In this document: positions 35,064 through 48,700 of the stretch, in pieces
How positions within the stretch are numbered: the stretch's first letter is position 1
Layout of the letters: the number at the start of each line of letters is the position of its first letter
The notes under the pieces: model-generated
Seen by the model: the letters and a program-made list of their open reading frames with translations, nothing else
Databases searched by the model: none
What the model was told of the DNA's origin: nothing
Assembly (NCBI GenBank): GCA_976226885.1
Contig: OZ320321.1
Location: 74,090,001 to 74,154,000 of the forward strand
Length of the DNA: 64,000 nt
Source: Iphione sp. A-MEVVRFRX5
Lineage: Eukaryota
Direction: 5' to 3'
Position numbers and translations under genes: made by a program

Positions 35064-37383
35064 TAAACCACGGCGGCCATCTTTTTTCTTCTCTAGGCCT
35101 ATTTGGCCTATTTGAGCAGCCATGGGGGTATTTCGCATAAGCCACGAGCATTGTTGTTTGCTGAAGCTGTGAACACCTGATTACATAATACTTACGGTGT
35201 CGGTCGCGGTATAGAGACAGGGAAGACGTGCATTTAAAAAAAAGGGAAACATTTATTTCAGTAGACAGCTCACACACAATGAAATTGAATACTGTTGAGG
35301 AGAAAATAATGTGCAATCGTCTCAGTAAAATAGACTGGTAAATAAACATATTCTCTGTTAAAAATATATAGTGAATCTGGGTGTACATGAGTATAATTTA
35401 AAGGTTATAAAAGAAAATAATGAAAGTACATGCAGGAAGAATATCACAAGAGGGAAATAAATCACAGCTGGACCATCACCTTCTTTCCATCTTTTATAAT
35501 TGAGACAATTTTGACATTCCGGGGCACAACAACAGTAAAGGTGTCATCATCAATTAGCTCGGCCAATTTCATTTTGTGGTCCATCTCATCCTGGGGAATA
35601 ATGACTGGAGAGGGTAGGGCAGGAGTTTGGGCCTGTGTGGTAGGGACTACAGACTGAAAGGGTATGGGGGCATTGGAAGATGAAGATGTGGAGGGAGATG
35701 ATGATGCTGATGATGATGATGCAGAGGACGTTGAGGCTGTGGAAGGTTTTTTGACTTTAGGGGGTGGGGGCTGCAGAGAGTCACTGGTCCGTTTCTCCAG
35801 ATCCAGCGACGGACATTTGTACATCCGGACCGCATTTGAACAATGACCACTCCTCGATGTTATTGCCTGCTCATCGAATTGTTGGTCATACAAAGTGGTA
35901 CACAAAGTAACTTTTCCAGAATGGCCACTGATGTTATGACCTTCTGTATTGATCCCTGCCTGTTGAAACATAGAATTCATGTAACCTGACAGTTTGTTTA
36001 TGCCCACGTGCTGAACACTGAACATGACCACACCATTGACATTCTGCATGGGTCTCCTATAAAAACAACCTGTGGGGGGGGAGTCTATCCAGATAGGCCC
36101 TGAACAACTTCACAACACATCTTTCATTCTCTGGTTGGGCAAAATGTTTGACCACTCGAGGTCCCGCCTTTGAACTGACCTTCCCTGTGACAGTCTTAGC
36201 CAATCGACCGTTAAATTGGAGGAATTGTGAACCGTCTCTCTCAGTCCGAAATGTGTATTGTTCCACTTGCAGGTTCGTGTGCTCGTCTTTGGCCCGAAAG
36301 CCAAAGACTTTACAATTATAATATTATACAGCAAAGGATAGGGCTTGCGCAGTGTCGAACCCAATAACCCGGACTCCCATAACTGCTGCTCGTCGTCGAC
36401 AGTGATCGGGTCAGCACGCGTGGGGTGGGCTCCAATCCCCTTAGCCAACAAGACTTTGCGACGAGCGTCTAGGGCGTCTCTGAAGGTTTCGAAGTTAACC
36501 TCATCTTTCTTGAGTAACCAGATGTGAGAGGGGTGCAACTCATCTCTCAGATATTGTTGCAACCCCGCAGCTACATTGGTGAGACTCCCTGAAACAGAAA
36601 ATGTGAATTTTTGAGCTCAATTGCCTAGGGAATTGCTTACATGTAATAACCGAGAGAAATGTTACTTACCAGGAGGGTAGTCTGTGGCATCCTGTTTCCT
36701 TATTTCCATGATGAATCTTGACAGCCAATAATCCAACAATGGTAGATCGTCGGTGTCCAAGGCCGGCACTGGCCATTGAGGATCCCTACATGTTTCATAT
36801 TTACAGTTGCGCCAAGTGCGCCACTCACGATAAATGCCATGAGCCCAGTTGGAGACTTTTTGAGTGTTCTTAGGGATCCGCTGAAGTAATGAATCCTGGA
36901 ATTGATCAGGTGTTTTGATCTGTCCAAAACGCCCATCAAAAGCATCACTCTGGACTGGAAAAATGTGATCCTCGACAGGATCAGGTTGAGGATCAGGTTG
37001 ACTGGCCAAATCTTCTTGTCTTCTCTGAGAGGCATAGTATGACCTCTCGATTTCATCCACTTGGGTAAGCAAATCGAGCTCAATGTCGAAATTGGGTACA
37101 TCCATGGCTAAGGCGAGTTGTACACTGAGCGAATGACAGTAACACTGAGCGAATGACAGTTAACTTTGAAAATTGGCAGCCTCGTTGTGGTTACATTGTT
37201 TATTGTTATTGACTGAATTGGTTGTTTGGGCTGTCGGTTTAAGTGAGATACATAAGCTCGAGCGTGGGGTGACTGGATATATTGCCACGGTTTGGATTAT
37301 CACACTCGGCTCCGCCTCGTGCTCAAATCCAAACCTTGGCAATATATCCAGTAACCCCACGCACTCGTTATGTATCTATCACT
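35064..37383 (-). mobile_element. Crypton-A-like (DUF3504) tyrosine-recombinase DNA transposon
   Basis: Absent from the paralogous site at 31180-31195; no TIRs; 36-bp subterminal inverted repeat at 37263-37298 and 37326-37361; encodes a DUF3504-type YR. Confidence 0.82.
35462..37105 (-). pseudogene. DUF3504/KCTD1-ZMYM-QRICH1-like YR gene, one intron (36589-36669), two frameshifts
   Basis: IPKNTQKVSNWA, WLSRFIMEIRK...YPPG|SL, EQQLWESG, FGFRAKDEH, ISGHSGKVT, SRSGHCSNAVRMY; GTAAGT donor and TTTCAG acceptor. Confidence 0.85.
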
Positions 37384-38399
37384 AAATCCTACCAAGCAGA
37401 GAACAAAATAATCAATTTGCATATCCAAATGTGTGATGGTAGGGAAATACATATATACAGAGATAGTAGGAAAGTGGAGGGAAATACATTGGCTCTCTCA
37501 GAATTCATTATATTTTAACAGAAGGAGCCACAAGGTAATGTTTTTTACAAACCTGTATTACAGACACAGTGCTGCCATCAACCACATTGGTCACATTGCA
37601 GTACCTCTTGTCTTCGCCCCACAACTTTGTTACAGGCCACACACTTGGCCATGTTGATTTGAGCAGTTATTGTCTTCAGTCGGCAAAGAAGTTGAAATAC
37701 ATGTATACTACAAAATGTATCTGGACATATAATACATAGGAGGCAGTACTGCAGGCAGTAATACATATGTGCTAGTACTACATATAGCAGGCCCTATCCT
37801 ACACCTGGCTCCTACATGTATAATACATATCTGGACACATTAATATAGGTAGGACTACAGGTAGTAATGTATATGTGGTAGTACTACATATAACAGGCCC
37901 TATCTTACACCTGGGATGGAGACTGACTAATGCATGTACATTATATCACATATCATACACATTATTACAGGTAGGACTAGAGGTAATAATAGATATTTGG
38001 TAGTACTACATAAGAGATGCTATCTTACAGCTGGGAGAAAGACTGACTCCTATATGAATACTACATCACTGTTGACGGGCTTAGCAAGACAGTTTGTCGA
38101 GTTTGAAAGGTTAGTTTCATTTTTTATACTTTGTTTTAATGTGAGTATTATTTTCACCAAACTCCCATACTAAGTTGAATGTATTTGTATTAGTGGCGAA
38201 ATTGTGAGGTAGTGAAATGGTTGGGTAGTGAAATGGTATGGGTCGAAAATGAGAGGTAGCAAAATGACTCCAAATGCCTGAGTCTCCCCCATAGTCACCC
38301 ACACGCTGTTCAGAAGGATTCATTTTACAATTACTGCATGTCTATGACTCTCAGATGTTGCCTAGTCTCATTCATTTATGTCAGTGTATTATTCCTGTT

Positions 38400-39980
38400 A
38401 TATAACTTTTGTCGCATACAGCACCTGAATGTAGTCCTGGCAGATTTCAGGGGGGGAAGGCTACTGGGTCATCCTACCAACCCGCCATATTCTTGAATCT
38501 GATGAAGACTGAATGGACAATCCTGATGCGGGTCGACGCTCCAGAGGAACCCCCCTGTCCATCAGTGGCTGGCTGCACTACACGCCACCATTGCTGCTGG
38601 CAGTGGTTGGTTGTCTATGTGAAGGGTTTGCAGGGAATCCTTTGAAACAATCTCCTTACATCTGGCACATCTCCATCACGTGTTACATTGGGATTTTTGG
38701 CTTTCTTTTCCTTTGTGTCTGTTAAACAGGTCATAAACTGGTCATATGGCATGTCCTGCAGCTCACATCATCTTCCATTTTCACACACTCTGCAGAAGTA
38801 CACACTCTGCACACAGAACAGGTGGTGTTTTTTCTTATTTTTGTAAGGTTTGTGACAAGTGGTGCTGTTTAAGAAACGTAGTGACCATTTTCATCTTCAC
38901 TGGTAGTTACTTGATAGAAAAGGAATACAAGATGCTTGGGTCTTCATTTTCATTAACAGAAGATCCTCTCAACAGTTTGTTGAACTTTGGTAGGTCATTT
39001 AAACTGGCTGGAGATCTATGGTCTACACCAGCTAATCTACAAAAGTTCTCTGCCAGACTGACCTGAAAACCCCCTCGATTACATTGCACTTCATTGTATA
39101 GCAAACGTAGCACTTTCCTGATTTCCAGCACTTTGGATATGACACTGTTATTTTGTGTTAAGTTTGTGTCATTGCTCTCCATTTATCATTACACAGAATT
39201 TTTGTTTTCTCCCATGATGACAATAGCCCAAGCCATGGATATGTTGTCAGTGTTTTTTTACTTTTTTGTCTAATGCCTCATATTCAGATTGATTACACCA
39301 AAGCCAATTTCCATTTCCTTTGTGAAGTTCTTTATTATTAGTTGAGGTGTTGGCAAGTACATTCATGATAGCATTGGTTGAGTTCTGATAGGGGTACAAT
39401 GACACAACTATTGCACTCTCAAGGTTTGGGTTAGTCAACATTCTAACATCATTGATGAATTTCTCTTTATTTTTAGATGGACACCTGAACCCGCACAGGT
39501 CAGACTTTAACGTAGTCTGCCACTTCTGGACCCTGTATGACCCCCATGCAGCCTGGAAGAAACATCTGTTGATCTTACTGAATGCCACCGTGACCAACAG
39601 TCAACAAAATAGATATTTGTTTAAGAGTGACAATTCTTTTTGCCTTGATACACTTCTCAAGACTTTAATTTATAGTTTCGACAATGTACTCTCATCAGGC
39701 ACATCACAATAGGCATGGAACAGTTACCTAAATGACCCATGCTGTTGCTTCTCCTCTCTCTGACAACTGCATTCCATCCCAACTGTTTCTATCACTGCAA
39801 ACACACACACAAACATGGTAGCACTGTGATATACACGCCAGCCACGTTTCTACTTACATCATGGATCAAATCCATAAGCATATTTTCTAACTGAATGTAG
39901 AGATCTTGAAAAGAGCCAGTCACCCAATTTATATTGAAGTCAATACCATAAACAGTGTCAACACAACAGTACAAACTTTC
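38400..39980 (-). pseudogene. Relic resembling the Cys-rich N-terminal region of Polinton/Maverick-type PolB proteins (partial second copy at 32190-32791)
   Basis: QVSLAENFCRLAGV...SLNDLPKFNKLL, GHYDV, then TCHKPYKNKKKH and CxxC clusters. Recalled similarity only; no polymerase core is present. Confidence 0.5.
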
Positions 39981-40499
39981 TTACTTTTCTTTTGTACAAC
40001 TTGTAAGGTCATTCTTCTTCCTTTTATTTTCTTGAGGCTCACCCTGTGGTAACGGTGATGAAGGAAGAGAATGTGGGGCATGTGGCTGTGTCAGTGACCT
40101 AGAATGATGGCCATTTTTGAGTCCTCTAGATCATCTCTGGATTAAAACAGCAGGAAAAATTATCATGTGTGTGTGAAAAGTGTCATTTATTCAACATAAT
40201 TGATTCACCAATGAAAGATATATTTATTCCATCTATATCAAGGGGGATAATCTGATCTCCAGGCTTCCTCAAACTAGAATAATGTTCGCCTCCGCTCATG
40301 CCTAGTTGAGGACTCGATTGGGTTGCTTGGAGGATTCGGCTCTGTCACTAGGAGATGACCCTGAACATATGGTAGGTGGGAGGTTATATGAACTTTAATG
40401 GTGACATTGAAATGCATCATGGAAAAATGTGCTCATTTCCACAAAATAGATTTTTTTTACCTTAGAATCCATTCCTGGGATGCAATCATCTTACCAGGA

Positions 40500-43341
40500 G
40501 GGGGAGTTTCATCCTCTACAGGTGTGAATCCCCTCTTTTTTAATGGTAATAATAATAATAATAATGTTTATTTGTAAATCTCTCTCACAGTGGTGAAAGC
40601 TCTCCAGACATACATGTAACACATATACATACATACGTTTAGGTGATTGCACATATGCAGCAGAAGCCTTGTGTAAAGGTAACCCATAGTCCAGTATTCG
40701 CAAAATGGTCATTTTCATAAGGAGGATCCGGTCCACTTAAATTCTTCCTGAATTCTTCTTAATCTTTCTAAAGTAGAATAATTTTCCGCTTAGTCATTTA
40801 GCCATGACGTCTGTGTTTTTGTCATAGCTCAGACGAGTGTCAATGTATACACCAAGGTATTTGTACCACGAATCCAAGAAACAACCTATCACCTTACTTA
40901 ATGGAGTAGCGTAAATCTCAGAGTACATTATGTCACCTATCCTCCCTTATGCAGTTATGAGATTTCGCTTAAACCTGGCATTATCATCTCATAGTCCAGT
41001 AGGATATATTATTATTTCATATTATATCTTCATATAATACTTCTCATCTTTCAACTTACAGCTATCCTAATTATTTTTCCCTGTCATGAGTTTTGAGTAG
41101 GATTACATCCTCCCATCTTAGCCTGAATATTTTATATTATAATTCAACTATCACGGAAGTACTCATATTTTATGATAAATCAATGAACTGTGCCATTGGA
41201 TTACATCCATCCACTCGTTCTTACTAGGATTAAATCCTTCCTCAGCCATAATAACTCAATCATGTCATTTCATAAACTATTAATTATACTAAAGGATTAC
41301 ATCCTCCCATTCTTATTGTTAATAGTGTGTCTATGGTACATATAAATTAGCAGATATTTTTCGACTCGTTCGGATTCTTCGCCACACAGTTTTCATTCTT
41401 TTTTTATCAAAATGACTCTCTTCAACTGATATCTTACCCCACAATTGTTGGAACCTATATGATGCTGATCTTTTTATTGCTTCCTTGTTAGGTATAATTG
41501 TTTTAATTCATCGTTTATATTGGTTTCTGGTTCTAATTAACTCGAGATTCACTATTCAGACTTCATAAGTTTCACTTGTACGTATAGTAACATCAGAAAT
41601 AAGTTGCTTCATACCATTTCGATCAAGAAATTCACCTAATTTTTGCTTATTTAATTAATACACTAGCCAGTTAATGTGCATATCTCCAACAAATGATATT
41701 TGCTTGGAATGTACTACCGCCTCGTCAAAAATTTCCTGCAGTTTTAACAGACCATTATCAACATTACCCTTGGGCCGTCAGTACACACCAACCAATATAA
41801 TCTTATGATTTGTATGTGGTAAATGTATTTCTAAACTAATAGTTTCAATATCCTTACTTGAGATCGAATAATCTAGTAAAGGTAGTATAAACGACTTCAA
41901 CTTGACACTCATACAAATCACAATTCCACCATCCCTACTATCCTGATCATTCCGTACACATGTATAACCATTTTCATTTATCATAGCATCCGGTATCATA
42001 GCATCCGAAATCCAAGACTCTGTAATGGTAAAAATGGCTGGTAATATCGCACCCATTAATCAATGAAATTCATTCAACTTATTACCCTTAAGACTCCTTA
42101 TATTGAGATAATAAATGGACAGGCCTACCAATTTATCATCATAGTCCTCCACTCCAAAGGCAGCAATGCACTATCAAAAAATACTCAACACAGATACAGT
42201 CAGTGATAAACATGCTAGTTTCAAATAAAAATGGGTTTCCAACACAACATCATTATAGTTTTTTAGTTTAATTTAGAGCTGGCTCGTATAGTATTGCTGC
42301 TCCCAGCCCAACATAGCAATAACAAACCTTTAAGCAAACACAATATCGTTTTATTAATATACATTGAAATATGCTAGAATAGGGGGTGACAACAAATTAT
42401 TACCACTCTCACGACCGATCACGTAGTTACAGGACAGCCCATTGATTCTTAGAGAGTAAATGTTGGTCATACACTATTAAACTGTCGAACAATCAAGGTA
42501 CCAATAATTATAACCATAACATCAAAATAACAATGGGACAAAATATAACTATCCTAACAACAGAATGTCTTATATCAAAATCGAAAAGTCACAATGTTAA
42601 CATATTAAATATCTAAATGGAAATATCTGCCAGTATCACATACTTAGCAGATTTATTCATACTGTCAAAAGGTCATTATATAGCAAATACCCAGCAGTCA
42701 ATAGACATATACTAACGAGAGTATCGGTGTATGAGTCTTTGCAGCGCGTTAATGATTCTCCTTACCAGTGACAACCATCGTAATAATAGCTTAGATGTTG
42801 GCGCCAGCCACCATTATTCCACGTGTGCACATCCATGCTGGTGCAGGAGGTTGGAATGCCATAGTGACGGTTCATTAACATGATGCATTGAGTCAATGTA
42901 ATCACAGATGATAGCAACATTGCCTGTACCATATTGGCCTCATGTGTGTCAATTTCAAGCCCATTCAACCAGCGGTTGCTCCTACCATAGTCAATGCAAA
43001 GGAATGTACAGAACATGCCTGAAAAATAGGGGAAACGCCACTTAATGGCATTTCTAGCCGTCAAGAAGACGTACTCGTCCTCATTTATTGCTGTACTGTC
43101 ATTGTCGAACCTAGGTACAGCACACTTGTAGCTGTCACCGTTCGGAGAACGTATACGAACCAGTTTTCTGCCTCAGAGAACCACCGTCATCCAGGGATAC
43201 GGGTACCAGTCTCCTTGAATAATCGTCTCACAAACCTGGGTAAAAATGCACAGTGACATTCCATCCCCAGTTCTCAAAAATTTCCTGCAGTCCATAGCCA
43301 TAGCTGCCAGAAAACAGATGTATATTCCTCGAGAAATCCAT
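40500..43341 (-). mobile_element. Decayed CR1-like LINE D: SGNH ORF, spacer, APE, deleted RT
   Basis: YYLNIRSL..TESW..GYTCVRND..GG..VGVY (APE, 41700-42140); YKYLGVYID (RT, about 40850); SGNH ORF at 42762-43341. Confidence 0.75.
42762..43341 (-). pseudogene. Stand-alone SGNH/GDSL-like hydrolase ORF (copy D)
   Basis: MDFSRNIHLFSGSYG...WNVTVHFYPG...YYYDGCHW; stops and frameshifts; homologous to 50365-51050. Confidence 0.7.
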
Positions 43342-43362
43342 GGTTACTTCTGGACTGCTACC

Positions 43363-45096
43363 TTATAGTGACCGCATTGCTCTGACTGATACATCACCAC
43401 CCCTCTGAGTTGCAACCCACGCTTGAAGGCAGCAACACTAGCGCAGTGTCTTAGGTGAGCAGGTAGTTCGTTCCATTGCCTGATTCCTGTATATAAAATG
43501 AATTCTTTAGTAACGACTTTCTAGCCTTTTTTAGGCTCAGAGTGGGACCTATACTTAGTCTTGTCCTAGCACCACTTTTTCTATTCTTTTCATGGATCAT
43601 TCCTTCCAGATACAGACGGTGGATCAAACATAGCAGTGCCCGATTACCCCTCTCTAATAGGCTTGTTAAGTTCATCCTTCTTCTTAGACTTGTATTTGTT
43701 TGTGCTGTGAAGCCTTTACCTACCATCATCCCTCTCATCACTCTGTTACAGCTTGTCTGTAATGCACTTTGGATACTTTTGCTATGATGAATCACAAAAG
43801 GTAGACTATAATCATAGATTGATAATTTAAAGACCTGAGCTTTATCTTTGAAAGGCAGAAATCTGGACATCTTACTGAGATAATATCCCCTGCTCCTCAT
43901 TTTCTTTATTAGACTTTGAACAAGTGGTTGCCCATGTAGCGACTCATCTAACATATATCCTAGAAAAGTGCATTCGCTTACCTTTAGTTATCAATATTCT
44001 GCTAATGTAAGATCAAGATCGAGTTGACTACTTTTACCAAATTACATATAATGGTTTTTTTCTGTGCTGATAATTAAACCATTGTGTGTTGTCCATTCAA
44101 CAATGTCCCTTAAACTTCTTTGCATTTTTAACCTCAGAGCCATGGCGTTTGAAGCTACTGTATACAATGTCACATCATCTCCATACATGATCACATTCGA
44201 TACTATTTGAGACTTAGGCAGGTCATTGATCAGTACACTGAAAAGAAACCAAGATACTACCTTGGGGCACCCCTATTGAAATTTCTTTCAGAGACGATGT
44301 ATAATTGTTGCATTTAACATATTGTGATCTTGCATTAAGATATGATTTTAACCATAAAAGGGTTCTCTTACCAACACCTGCCAGTGAGAGTTTCTCCAGT
44401 ATTATCCAATGATTCGCCACATCAAAAGCCTTTGTCATATCGACAAATATGGCTCCTACATGTTTATTTTCATCTATTGGCTGATAGAGCCCTTTCAGAA
44501 GACATGCTGTGGCCGTTGAAGTACTTCAGTTTGCGTGGAAGCCATGCTGTGTTGCACTGAGAAAATTCACATCATTAAGATATTTCACAGGTTTATTGTA
44601 TACAAGTCGCTCCAACAATTTTCCTTCCACGGGTAGAATAGCCACAGGTTGATAATTCTTCTTATCTAGCTCAGAGCCTTTTTTGTACAGTGGTGCGACT
44701 CTGGCCAGCTTCCATTGTTCTGGAAAGTGTGAAGTTACAATTGAGTCATTAAAACACATCTTGTATTATATTGACAGAAAGTAATAATGAGTCCTTCATA
44801 ATCCGCATGGGGATATTCTCAAATCCACTTGGCTTGTTTAGTTTTAAGCTGTTGACCACCTTCAAAACATCTGAAGTACATACTGGTTGTACCTCCCATC
44901 CCTCTTTTAATTGTAGTTCAACTCCCTTAACATTCAATTGCTGTGCTAGTCTCAGTGGTTGTGATACAAAGAAGTTATTCAAAATATCCGGAACTTTCTC
45001 GATATCGACTATTATCCCATGCTCTTTAAGACTTAATATTCTGTTACATTTTGTTTTCTTCAATACAATTTCATTTATCACTTTCCAGTATTCTTT
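43363..45096 (-). pseudogene. CR1-like LINE RT fragment (host of element E)
   Basis: WKVINEI, LNNFF, KPSGFENI, WKLARVAPLYKKG, QHGF, DMTKAFD, GVPQGSIL and QWNELP...FK; frameshifted. Confidence 0.88.
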
Positions 45097-45763
45097 TGAT
45101 TTGATTTGATTTGAAATTCTTTATTTTATCTGGTTTAATTCTTTACAAATGAATGTATTCGCAACCAGAATATGACAATATTAAATTGTTCAAGATTCAT
45201 ATAACAAAAGTATGTTAGTAATTTAACCATACTAGAGGTTATTCATAGTATCATTACTACGGGAAGGTTGTACATCACTACATTACAGGGGCTCATTCAG
45301 GAACATAGCTATCAAACTATGTTTTCCGGACCAAGTCCATTACACTTCTTAGTTGCCTACTTAAAGCCTGATGGTAGTAAAAGACTATCAATATTAGTTT
45401 TAAAGATAATAGTCGTCATATATATATACAATTTCAGCTCAGTGTAGTTCAGGATCAAATCCATATCTTTGTAGATTGCTATTTTATTTTATTGGTAATC
45501 CTGTTAGCAGGATCAAATCCATATCACAATACAATTACAAATATAATCCATCTTTAAGTGTTTATAGAATCAAATCCATCACACTTCAGCAGTGGTTAGG
45601 TCTTCTAGGAAGCTTGTTAGTTTTAGGGCACAAAATAATTGCAGGAGACTCTTTTGTCACGTCTTATTTTCTTCCAGAGAGATTTCATCTCCAGTTCGGT
45701 ATACAATGTTTGAGCAAGTGTTAATTCCTGCCAAATCTTTTGAAATTTGTATATCACACTTTT

Positions 45764-48700
45764 TTAAAATTTTTCTTTTCTTGGCCAGATAATATTTATA
45801 TTTTTCTTTAGTGAATGTCTAGTTTCCACTCTTTCTATGGTCAATTCAGCCTCAATCCCTGGCTCCGGCAAATTAAAAACACCATTATGATAACAGCCTA
45901 ATCTTAATATAGTGGAGTTACATATTCCACATATCTCTCTTATAATCTCATCCCTTGTAGGCGGCACATTAGGAAATAGGCATATCCTGTATATCGACCT
46001 TCGTGTAGTAATTTCTCAAAGACGTTGCCTCTCTGTTCAGGCCACAAGAATACCCCATAGTCCATGACAGGCAATATAACCGAACGCATCAGTGTTTTAG
46101 CATTTCGGTGGTTGATTAACTTTCTAAAAGCTTTAAAGTGTCTTAGTCGGGAATAGCCCTTCCTTATCAATTCAACCACATGTTGATCAAAGATCAGATT
46201 AGAGGACAGCCAGATACCCAGATATTTGAAATTCTGTACAGAGAGTAGTTCAGACCCATTATACAGGAGTTTAGCATTCTTGACCAGTCCTCTTCTACTG
46301 TATGAAAATGGCATAATCTTAGATTTACCAACATTAAGTAAGATTCTATTTAAATTTGCCCAGTCTGACAGAGCATTTATATCACGCTGTAACTGAGTTA
46401 CAACTGATGCTACTGAATCAGAACTTGAAATAAGGGCAACATCATCAGCGTACATAACACATTTTACATATTTAAATACTAGTGGCAAATCATTAATAAA
46501 TATCAGGAACAATAAAGGGCCTAATATTGACCCCTGCGGAACACCGCATGTGATCTTTGCTCTTTCTGAGGCTATTCCGTTGACTACTGTTTCCTGCCAC
46601 CTATTCCCCAAGTAGGCTTCCATCCAGGGAATGATCTCATCTAGACCTAGTTCCTGCATTTTAAATAAAATAATTTCATGGCTTACAGAATCGAAGGCCT
46701 TTGAGAAATCGATAAAACATGCTAAAACCTTCTCTGAGTTGTTCAGTTGGAAGTTTATATGTGAGGACAGACAGAATATTGCATTTTCAGTGCCACTTTT
46801 GCTCCTGAACCCGAATTGACAATTAGAGATTAGATTATTATTCTCTAGATAGCAAGTTATTTTTTGATAAACTATCTTTTCTAATACTTTACAGGGAACA
46901 TCAGCTGGCTAATAGGATGATAATTATAAATATCATCCCGACTTCCCGATTTAAAGAGGGGAGTAACTCTTGCAGTAGTCCATTGTTGTGGTAGTTTACA
47001 CATCCTAAAAGTTTCATTCATTATGTGAATCACTTCTAGGGGAATTGCTAGTAGAACCTCTTTTACGATATATACCGGGATATCACTGACTAGACTCGCT
47101 TTATTATCTGACATTGAATTTAATACCCTTACAAACACATTCAGATCAATTTTATCTAGTTTCAATTTCTCGTCAGTTTTCATAGAGCATAGTCAGTTTG
47201 CACAATCTTTTCGGCTACCCTTTTTCCTATCGTGCTAAAATAGTTATTTGAATTTGAATTTGAATTTGAATTCCTTATTGACAGTCTCAGGTACATCTGT
47301 ACAGAGTTTTCAATGTCAATGTGCATACAACAAACAACGTCAAATTGGTGGTGTAGTTGTAATGATACAGTAAGTCAAATTGTGTAGTATACAGGTCTGA
47401 GTAAGACGGTCATGGCCCCGTGACAGTTTGGTGTAGAAGCCTTATGCTTTCACTATTCGAGTGTTGAACATGGTAGCTGCAGAGGTAACAAATGTTATCC
47501 CTTGGTTTGCAGAGGAGACAGGCATATATAGACAGGTGATTTGTTACTTGAGAGTTAAGTGGATGAGATATTACAAATCAGTGATCACCAGATTAGTGTG
47601 GAAGACAGGTTAGTCCTTGTTTTAGATTTGCAGTTAATCATAGGAACGCTTGCTGGTAATGTGAGGCTGTTTGTTATAGGGGTCAGGCATGGTTGTCATG
47701 GATGATGGCAATTAGTTAGTCTATGTGTGTTAGGGGTTCTCTAAGAGAGAAGTTTACTAGATGTTAATGTGTTAGTGCGTCCATGGTGTCACGTTCATAA
47801 GTTGGTGAACGCGTATTACTGTCATAAAATTCATGGTGGCTCTGGGATCTGCTTATAATCCTGTATTCCATCTTTGTGATGGATGAGAGGCATGGTTACT
47901 GTCCGTGTGCTCATTAGTGGATAGTGGTTCCGTATCTTCATTCTTGTTATCCAGATATGCGGCGGCTGTTTGTTCATGTGCAAGTTTTGGGAGCGGACTA
48001 CCTCTTCTTGGTTTTGATTGCCTGCAGATGCGGCGGTAGTTCATTCCATGTTTTGACCCCTTGATACCTGAGTGATTTTTGTACTACTGCATTCTTCGGG
48101 TGGGGTATCGAACCTGCCCCGCTGGAGCCAAGCCCAGTTCTGCTGGCTTTAGCTCGTTAAATGAGGTCAAGCTCCATCAGTTTGTGTACTTCTTTGATTC
48201 CCCGGTCGTGCATCAGTTTCTCTACTCATGGGATTCCTAGCTTTGTCTCCAGTTTCCTGGCTGAGAGGAAGTCTCCAACTTGCAGGGCTATGCGGGCACA
48301 TCTGTTTGTGTGCACCTGTAAGTCCACTTGGAGCGAGCGTGATATACCGAATAGGTAGGTGGCCTGATACTCCAGGTGCGAGTACACCAGGCTTCTGACT
48401 AGTGTGAGCGTGCTGTTCATAGGTACTAGTCCCTTCACTCTGCCGTGTCTTACGGCCGAGTGCCACATGACCCCCTTCAGCTGAGCAACATTGCAATCAT
48501 TTCAGGGACATCTATTAGTACATTATATTCTTTTAGTAATATACTGGTGGATTCATTACCGTAACCATATGAGTTGAGCAGTTTTGACAAAATTAGATGG
48601 TTTACCCTCATTATTTGCAATTCTTTTGCTAAGATATTCTTTTTTTAACTCGAAATTTTTCTTTCTAACTCTGTATAACAGCATTTTGTATTCTAGCATG

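Larger units (their letters stand above)
32792..38996. repeat. Tandem segmental duplication, copy 2, carrying a LINE and a Crypton-like insertion
   Basis: 32792-33183 plus 34886-35063 plus 37384-38996 match copy 1. Confidence 0.9.

Noticed and set aside
40255-40315. Imperfect inverted repeat around TTCGCCTCCGCTCA, similar to the Crypton subterminal motif
   Set aside because: Short and imperfect, with no boundaries or coding support.
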